Origin: Candidatus Eiseniibacteriota bacterium | GTDB taxonomy: Bacteria > Eisenbacteria > RBG-16-71-46 > JABDJR01 | Assembly (NCBI GenBank): GCA_963762255.1 | Contig: CAVXKA010000003.1 | Location: forward strand, 384,001 to 448,000 | Direction: 5' to 3' | DNA: 64,000 nucleotides | Shown: positions 57,837 through 64,000 of the stretch, one piece after another | Layout: the number at the start of each line of letters is the position of its first letter | How positions within the stretch are numbered: the stretch's first letter is position 1 | Made by a program: the position numbers and the translations under genes | Notes under the pieces: model-generated | Databases searched by the model: none | What the model was told of the DNA's origin: nothing | Seen by the model: only the letters and a program-made list of their open reading frames with translations

Positions 57837-60800
57837 AGCTGACCGAAACGTCTATCCAGCGCCCCGTTCTCGCGACGGTCTTCAGCCTCGCCATCATTCT
57901 TCTGGGGGTGATCGGGTTCACGCGGCTCCCCGTGCGCGAGTACCCGGACATCGATCCCCCGGTCGTCTCGGTGACTACCTTCTATCGCGGCGCGAGCCCG
58001 AGCGTGGTGGAGACCGAGGTCACCAATATCCTCGAGGAGCAGCTCGCTACCCTCGCTGCGGTCAAGACGCTCACCTCCTCCAGTCTCGAGCAGGGCTCGA
58101 GCATCACCATCGAGTTCGAGCTGAACCAGGACGTGGACGAGGCCGCCAACGAGGTGCGCGACAAGGTCGCGCGCGTTCGCGGCCGGCTCCCCCGCGAGGC
58201 GGAGGACCCCATCGTCGCCAAGGTGGACGTGAACGCGCAGCCCATCATGTGGCTCGCCCTTCACGGCACCCAGCACTCCGACCTGGAGATGTCCGACGTC
58301 GCCGACCGCGTGCTCAAGGAGCGACTCCAGCGGCTGGACGGCGTGGGCTCGGTGTTCATCGGCGGCGAGCGCCGTTACGCCATGCGCGTCTGGCTCGATC
58401 CGCTGCGCATGGCGGCGCGCGGCCTCACCACTCAGGACATCGAGAGCGCGATCCGCGCCGAGAACGTGGAGATCCCGGGCGGGCGCGTCGAGGGCGATCA
58501 ACGCGAGTTCGCGGTACGCACCCGCGGCGATCTCTCCAGCGCCGAGGAGTTCGCCTCCATCATCGTTTCCCGCAGCGCGGACGACGTCGTACATCTCGGC
58601 GACGTCGCCGAGGTCGAACTGGGGGCGGAGGACTACCGGACGCTGGCCCGCTTCAACGGCGAGCCGGCGGTGGGTCTCGGCGTGGTCAAGCAGTCCAAGG
58701 CCAGCACGCTGGACGTGGCCGCACAGGTACGCAAGGCGCTCCCCGACTTGCTTGCGGCCGTCCCCCCCGGCATGGTGCTCGACGTGGCCTACGACTCCTC
58801 GCTCTTCATCCAGGAGTCGATCCACGAAGTCGGCATCACGCTCCTCATCGCCATGGTGCTGGTGGTGCTTGTCGTGCTTGCCTTCCTCAAGAGCTTCCGC
58901 GCAACCCTCATCCCGGTGGTGGCCATTCCGATCTCCATCGTGGGGACCTTCGCCGTCTCCTACTTCGCCGGCTACACGATCAACATCCTCACGCTGCTGG
59001 GGCTCGTGCTGGCCATCGGCCTTGTGGTGGACGACGCCATCGTCATGCTCGAAAACATCGTCCGCCACATGGAGATGGGCAAGTCGCGGTGGCGGGCATC
59101 CATCGACGGCGCCCGCGAGATCGGCTTCGCGGTGCTCGCCACAACGATTTCTCTGGTGGCCGTGTTCATCCCGGTGGCGTTCCTGACCGGCACCGTGGGC
59201 CGACTCTTCAACGAGTTCGGCATCACGCTGGCGGTGGCGGTGGCGATCTCCGGGTTCGTCGCGCTCACCCTGTCGCCGATGCTCTGCTCCAAGGTCCTCG
59301 GCCGCATCCATGGCGGCAACGACCGCTGGACGACGCGGTCCTTCGACGCGTTCTTCGCGTGGCTCGATCGCACCTACGAGCGCAGCGTGCGCTACGCCAT
59401 CCGGCATCGGGGACTGGTGATCGGGGCCGCGCTCGGGCTCGTAGCGGTGTCCGTCGTGGTGTTCCGCATGCTCCCTCGCGAGTTGGTCCCCGTCGAAGAC
59501 CGCGGCGTGGCGTTCGGCATCGTGATCGCCCCCGAGGGCTCCACGCTCGACTACACCGACCGCTACATGCGTGAGGTCGAGGCAAAGCTCCTCCCGCTGC
59601 CCGAGCGGAACGCGCTCTTCACCGCCACCGGTCTCGGCTTTGGCGGTCCCGGCCGCGTCACCGACGGGTTCGTATTCCTCAACTTGAAACCGCGGGGCGA
59701 GCGCGATCGGTCGCAACAGGAGATCGTCCAGTCTCTCTTCCCGCAGCTCCTCTCGATCCCCGGCGTGCTGGCGTTCGTCATCAACCCGCCCAGCCTCGGC
59801 GGGCGGTTCTCATCCAGCCCGGTGGAGTACGTGCTGGAGGCGGAGAGCTACGAGGAACTGGCCGCCGCCACCGGCATCATGATGCAGAAGGCGTCCGAGC
59901 TGGGGTACCTGATCAACCTCGACACCGACCTGCGCCTCAACAAGCCGCAGCTCGACGTGCGCATCGATCGCGAGCGCGCGTCCGGGCTCGGAGTGTCGGT
60001 GGACGACATCGGCTCGGCCCTGGAGATGTACCTCGGCGGGCGCGTGGTCGGCGAGTTCAAGCGCGGGGCCAAGCAGTACGACGTCATCGCCCAGGTGCGC
60101 CCGACGGACCGCGCCACGCCGGACGTGATCGGCGATCTCTACCTGCGCGGGACGGGAGGCCTGGTGCAGCTCGCGAACGTGGTGCAGGTGGAGGAGACGG
60201 TGGCGCCGAAGGAACTCAACCACTACAACCGCGTGCGCTCGGCGACCCTGACCGCGAACCTCGCGCCGGGGGTGGACCTCGGCACCGCGCTCGACGACAT
60301 GGACCGGATCGCGGGCGAGAGCCTCCCGGCCGGGGTCAAGCGCGAGCTTGGCGGTCAATCCCGGGAGTTCCGCTCGTCCAGCTCGAGCCTCTACTTCCTC
60401 TTCGCGCTCTCCGTCGTGTTCATCTTCCTGGTGCTGGCGGCGCAGTTCGAGAGCTTCGTCCACCCGTTCACGATCCTGCTTTCCGTGCCGCTGGCGGTGG
60501 TGGGGGCGCTGGTCTCGCTCTTCGTCTTCCGGCAGAGCCTCAACGTCTACTCGCAGATCGGGCTCATCATGCTGATCGGGCTCGTGACCAAGAACGCGAT
60601 CCTCATCATCGAATACTCGAACCAGCTCCGCGCGCGCGGGCTGGAGGTCATCGAGGCCACGGTGGAGGCGTCGCGCATCCGGCTGCGCCCGATCCTCATG
60701 ACCTCGTTCACCACGATCTTCGGCACGTTGCCGATCGCGCTCGGGCTGGGCGCCGGCGCGGAATCGCGCCGACCGCTCGGGATCGCGGTCGTGGGCGGGC

Positions 60801-60919
60801 TCTTCTTCTCGACGTTTCTTACCCTGATGCTGGTGCCGGTGGTCTACACGCTGGTGGCACGGTACACCAAGGTGCGCGCGGCCAAGGTGGACGAAGAGGA
60901 GATGCCGGCGGCGGCGTAG
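57833..60919 (+). CDS. RND efflux permease (AcrB/AcrD/AcrF family)
   Basis: Motifs RPVLA, LPVREYP, GLVVDDAIVMLENI, KNAILI and RLRPILMT; 1028 aa. Confidence 0.95.
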   Translation: MKLTETSIQRPVLATVFSLAIILLGVIGFTRLPVREYPDIDPPVVSVTTFYRGASPSVVETEVTNILEEQLATLAAVKTLTSSSLEQGSSITIEFELNQDVDEAANEVRDKVARVRGRLPREAEDPIVAKVDVNAQPIMWLALHGTQHSDLEMSDVADRVLKERLQRLDGVGSVFIGGERRYAMRVWLDPLRMAARGLTTQDIESAIRAENVEIPGGRVEGDQREFAVRTRGDLSSAEEFASIIVSRSADDVVHLGDVAEVELGAEDYRTLARFNGEPAVGLGVVKQSKASTLDVAAQVRKALPDLLAAVPPGMVLDVAYDSSLFIQESIHEVGITLLIAMVLVVLVVLAFLKSFRATLIPVVAIPISIVGTFAVSYFAGYTINILTLLGLVLAIGLVVDDAIVMLENIVRHMEMGKSRWRASIDGAREIGFAVLATTISLVAVFIPVAFLTGTVGRLFNEFGITLAVAVAISGFVALTLSPMLCSKVLGRIHGGNDRWTTRSFDAFFAWLDRTYERSVRYAIRHRGLVIGAALGLVAVSVVVFRMLPRELVPVEDRGVAFGIVIAPEGSTLDYTDRYMREVEAKLLPLPERNALFTATGLGFGGPGRVTDGFVFLNLKPRGERDRSQQEIVQSLFPQLLSIPGVLAFVINPPSLGGRFSSSPVEYVLEAESYEELAAATGIMMQKASELGYLINLDTDLRLNKPQLDVRIDRERASGLGVSVDDIGSALEMYLGGRVVGEFKRGAKQYDVIAQVRPTDRATPDVIGDLYLRGTGGLVQLANVVQVEETVAPKELNHYNRVRSATLTANLAPGVDLGTALDDMDRIAGESLPAGVKRELGGQSREFRSSSSSLYFLFALSVVFIFLVLAAQFESFVHPFTILLSVPLAVVGALVSLFVFRQSLNVYSQIGLIMLIGLVTKNAILIIEYSNQLRARGLEVIEATVEASRIRLRPILMTSFTTIFGTLPIALGLGAGAESRRPLGIAVVGGLFFSTFLTLMLVPVVYTLVARYTKVRAAKVDEEEMPAAA

Positions 60920-60946
60920 CGTTGGTTCGGCTCGGGGCGGCGCGGC

Positions 60947-62080
60947 TCAAACCGGTCGCGTCGCCCCCAGCACCGCCTTCAGCGCACGCATGCACAGCGC
61001 GATGTTCTCGGGGCGCGACGAGTGCCCCATGAGTCCGATGCGCCAGATCTTGCCGACCAGCTCGCCGAACGCCCCGCCGATCTCGAGGTTGAACTCGTTG
61101 AGGATGCGCGTGCGCACCTGCGCCTCGTCCACGCCCTCCGGCACCAGAACCGGGTTGAGCTGCGGCAGCCGATAGGCCGGCGGCACCATGAGCGTGAGCC
61201 CCATCGCCTCGATCTCTTCGCACAGCACGAGATGGTTGCGGCGATGCCGTTCCCACGAGGCCTCGATGCCCTCCTCGTGCAGCATGACCAGCGCCTCGTG
61301 CAAACCGTAGAGCGCGTTCGACGGCGCGGTGTGATGGTAAGCGCGCTTCACCCCGCCGCTCCAGTAGCCGCGGATGAGGCTCATGTCGAAGAACCAGCTC
61401 TGCATCGGCGCGCGGCGGCGGTCCATGACTTCGAGCGCGCGCGGGCCGAAGGTGATGGGGGCTAGGCCGGGAGGCGCCCCGAGGCACTTCTGGCTCGCGG
61501 CGAAGGCGACATCGATCCCCCACTCGTCCACGAGCAGCGGCACCCCGCCCAGCGACGTCACCGCGTCCACCACGACGATCGCGCCGTGGCGATGCGCGAT
61601 CTCGGTGAGGGCCTTCGCGTCGGAAAGCACCCCGGTCGATGTCTCCGCGTGGACAAACGCCAGGACCTTCGTCCCCGGGTTGTCGCGAAGGGTGGCCTCC
61701 ACCCGAGCCGGATCCACCGGGCGACCCCACGGCTCGTCGAGGCGAACGACCTTGGCCCCCTGCCGGACGGCCATCTCGTGCATCCGCCCGCCGAAGTAGC
61801 CGTTCACGGCCACGATCACTTTGTCGCCCGGCTCGATCACGTTGGCCAGCGCCGCTTCCATCCCTGCGGAGCCGGGACCGGAGATAGGCAGCGTCAGCGC
61901 ATTTGACGTCTGGAAAGCGTATTGCAGAAGTTCCTTCACCTCGTTCATGAAGCCCACGAAGGCGGGATCGAGGTGCCCGAGGGTGGGTTTGGAGAGCGCG
62001 GCGAGGACGCGCGGGTGGACGTCGGAGGGCCCGGGGCCCATCAGGGTGCGGTGGGGCGCATTGAACGAAGTCGGGGTCAT
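60947..62080 (-). CDS. Alanine--glyoxylate aminotransferase family (class V PLP)
   Basis: Motifs LMGPGPS, HAETSTG, DAVTSLGG, SQKCLGAPPG, YHHTAP and WRIGLMG; AAGGAG RBS before MTPTSF. Confidence 0.92.
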   Translation of the reverse strand: MTPTSFNAPHRTLMGPGPSDVHPRVLAALSKPTLGHLDPAFVGFMNEVKELLQYAFQTSNALTLPISGPGSAGMEAALANVIEPGDKVIVAVNGYFGGRMHEMAVRQGAKVVRLDEPWGRPVDPARVEATLRDNPGTKVLAFVHAETSTGVLSDAKALTEIAHRHGAIVVVDAVTSLGGVPLLVDEWGIDVAFAASQKCLGAPPGLAPITFGPRALEVMDRRRAPMQSWFFDMSLIRGYWSGGVKRAYHHTAPSNALYGLHEALVMLHEEGIEASWERHRRNHLVLCEEIEAMGLTLMVPPAYRLPQLNPVLVPEGVDEAQVRTRILNEFNLEIGGAFGELVGKIWRIGLMGHSSRPENIALCMRALKAVLGATRPV

Positions 62081-62241
62081 GGATTCTCTCCTTGGATGTG
62101 CTGCGACACGCCGGGGAGCGTAGCGCACCCGACCCCCCTGTGTCTTGGGGGGGGACTGCGCGCCTCCCACTCCCTGGTCCCCCCGGCGCCGTGCCATAAT
62201 TCCGTCACCCTCACCCTTATCCCCTTGAGGAGGAACCACTC

Positions 62242-62712
62242 ATGATCGCTCATCAGCTCGCAGAAGAACTGCGCCGTAGCAAGCAGTACTTCGATCGCTC
62301 CACGTCGGCTCTCCAGGAAGAGGATGCGGGTTACGCTCCCGCGGACGGTCTCATGCACACGGCCGGGATGATGGCCCACGTCGCGCAGACGGTGGACTGG
62401 TTCGCGGACGCCGCCTTCACCGACAAGGGATTCGTCATGGACTTCGAGGGCATGGGGGCGCAGGCCATGGCGGTGACGTCGCTGGCCGATGCTCGCAAGT
62501 GGGTGGACACGTCCTTCGCGCGCCTGATCGAGGCGGTGGACAAGTGCTCCGACGCCGAGATCATGACGCCGTTCGCGCCCAACGAGATCATGGGGCCGAT
62601 TCCGAAGGCAGGGTTGGTCTCGGCGGTCACCGACCACACCGCGCATCATCGCGGCGTGCTGGCCACCTACGCTCGGCTCTGCGGCCGCGTGCCGCCGATG
62701 CCGTACATGTGA
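62242..62712 (+). CDS. DinB family protein
   Basis: Motifs MAHVA and DHTAHHRG..YARL.G.VPPMPY; GAGGAGG RBS. Confidence 0.88.
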   Translation: MIAHQLAEELRRSKQYFDRSTSALQEEDAGYAPADGLMHTAGMMAHVAQTVDWFADAAFTDKGFVMDFEGMGAQAMAVTSLADARKWVDTSFARLIEAVDKCSDAEIMTPFAPNEIMGPIPKAGLVSAVTDHTAHHRGVLATYARLCGRVPPMPYM

Positions 62713-62772
62713 TCGACTGATCGGTGTCGGTCAGGTACGGCAGCGCGTAGCGGATCGCGGGTCGACCGCAGT

Positions 62773-62803
62773 CCGAAGGGCCGCGAAGCGGGGGCCCCTT
62801 CGG
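62773..62803. terminator. GC-rich hairpin between convergent genes
   Basis: CCGAAGGG..CCCTTCGG arms enclose CCGC-GAA-GCGG; no clear U-tract. Confidence 0.4.
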
Positions 62804-62854
62804 CGAGGACGACCCGCGATCTGCGAAGCGCTTACGCTCCCTCGTCGCGCGGCG

Positions 62855-64000
62855 TCACCGCAACGCCAGCATGATCTCCTGCGGCGATTCGATCGGTAGC
62901 CGCATCGGCGCGCCGTAGCCGAGCCAGTAGGACTCCGCCCGCTGATACACCTGGACTCCGACGCGGCGCCCCATCGCCCGGGCGTTCAGATCGGCGTCCC
63001 TGAAGTGGATGCCGCCCAGACGTCGCGAGACTCCAGCAGCATCGGCCGCCTCGGTGAACGTGGCGTAGGTGAATGCGACGTCGGAGTGCGGGGAGATCCC
63101 CGGCTCCGCCTTGAGCGATCCCGCCGGAACCACGTGCGAGAAGCCGAAGGCGTCGCTGCCGGTGAAGCGCTTCAGCACCTCGGCAGCCGCCGCGCTGAAG
63201 GTGCTGTGACCGGACGGGTACTCGGGGAACGGTGGGGTCGGGAACCACGTCGGCTGGTAAGGCTTCCAGGCCGCGCCGTCGATGAGCGCGTTGTCCTGCC
63301 CGGGGCCTGCCCAGGAGTGGATCGGCTGGCCGTTGTACAGGTACCGGATGGCGGTCACCGGACGCGCGTAATCGTAGAACCGCTTGGCATCCCAGCACGC
63401 GATGCCGCCATCGAACACGGCGTTGGCCACCGCGAAGAACATCTTCGCGTCCTGGTCCAGGGTGTTGTGATCGCGGCGCGAGACGACTTGCGCGAAGAGG
63501 CACCAGTGGCCGGGAGGAAGCTCCGAGGCGGGACCGTCCGCCCAGTACTCGGCGATGCACTTCTCCCGATCGGTCAGGTTCGCGCTCAATGAAACCAACT
63601 CATCGCACTGCGTGGCGAACGCGGGCGTGCCCAGCACGGCTGGGGGGACCGGCCGGAACTGGCTCGTCGAGGTCAATGCGAACGGGATCACGTTCCCCCA
63701 CTGGGGCGCGATGAAGTTCGGTGTGACCGTTTGCCCGGCGAGGTTCACGAAGGTGAGCGGTTGCCAGCGATCGGGGTATGGGATCTGAGCGAGCGTGCTC
63801 GGAGTCTCGACCGCGATCGGCGGGTTCATGGCCACATACCCGGTATAGTCCGCGTACGCGCCCGGCATGAGATCGCCCAACTGATTGGATCCGTCCGCGT
63901 GGCGCAACGCAAGCACCGCTGCCGCGCAGCGGTTCCCGATGCCGGCGGGGGTCTCGGGATCGAGCGAGTCGTCTGCCGGATCGTAGCCCAGCTCGATCAT
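62855..64000 (-). CDS. Vanadium-dependent haloperoxidase / PAP2-superfamily protein; 5' end lies outside the window
   Basis: The three vanadate/phosphate-binding motifs KRFYDYARP, YPSGH and SRRLGGIH, plus YWADGP..PPGHW. Confidence 0.85.
   Translation of the reverse strand: MIELGYDPADDSLDPETPAGIGNRCAAAVLALRHADGSNQLGDLMPGAYADYTGYVAMNPPIAVETPSTLAQIPYPDRWQPLTFVNLAGQTVTPNFIAPQWGNVIPFALTSTSQFRPVPPAVLGTPAFATQCDELVSLSANLTDREKCIAEYWADGPASELPPGHWCLFAQVVSRRDHNTLDQDAKMFFAVANAVFDGGIACWDAKRFYDYARPVTAIRYLYNGQPIHSWAGPGQDNALIDGAAWKPYQPTWFPTPPFPEYPSGHSTFSAAAAEVLKRFTGSDAFGFSHVVPAGSLKAEPGISPHSDVAFTYATFTEAADAAGVSRRLGGIHFRDADLNARAMGRRVGVQVYQRAESYWLGYGAPMRLPIESPQEIMLALR

Overview
High-GC bacterial window with three blocks; scattered single-base indels look like long-read or consensus errors. 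(1) 1-15.4 kb, minus strand, core metabolism: a group 4 (Hyc/Hyf-type) membrane [NiFe]-hydrogenase operon led by an FdhA-like subunit lacking the Mo-ligand Cys/Sec and by AsrA/AsrB-like Fe-S and flavin subunits, plus an ACP - kbl - metX::hom - acsA operon. (2) about 15.5-51.6 kb, an all-minus-strand defence/conflict island: two SpoVG paralogs, a SLOG-SLATT membrane protein, three TIR-bearing STAND/NLR-like proteins (WD40, TPR and two-type helical repeats), a ribokinase-like/ATPase/RyR protein, an NDT-SLOG fusion and a SNF2/DUF1156/DUF499 restriction-like system with two inserted ATPase genes. The most notable element is a compact ubiquitin-like operon (Ubl ending in GG, possible E2-like ORF, unknown ORF, ThiF/E1) behind an exactly spaced sigma-54 -24/-12 motif and next to a sigma-54 activator with no sensor domain. 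(3) 51.6-64 kb: hypothetical protein, M20 peptidase, TolC-MFP-RND efflux operon, class V aminotransferase, DinB protein and a partial vanadium haloperoxidase-like gene. I recognised no tRNA, rRNA, CRISPR array, integrase or transposase. All family assignments come from motif recognition by eye, not database searches.
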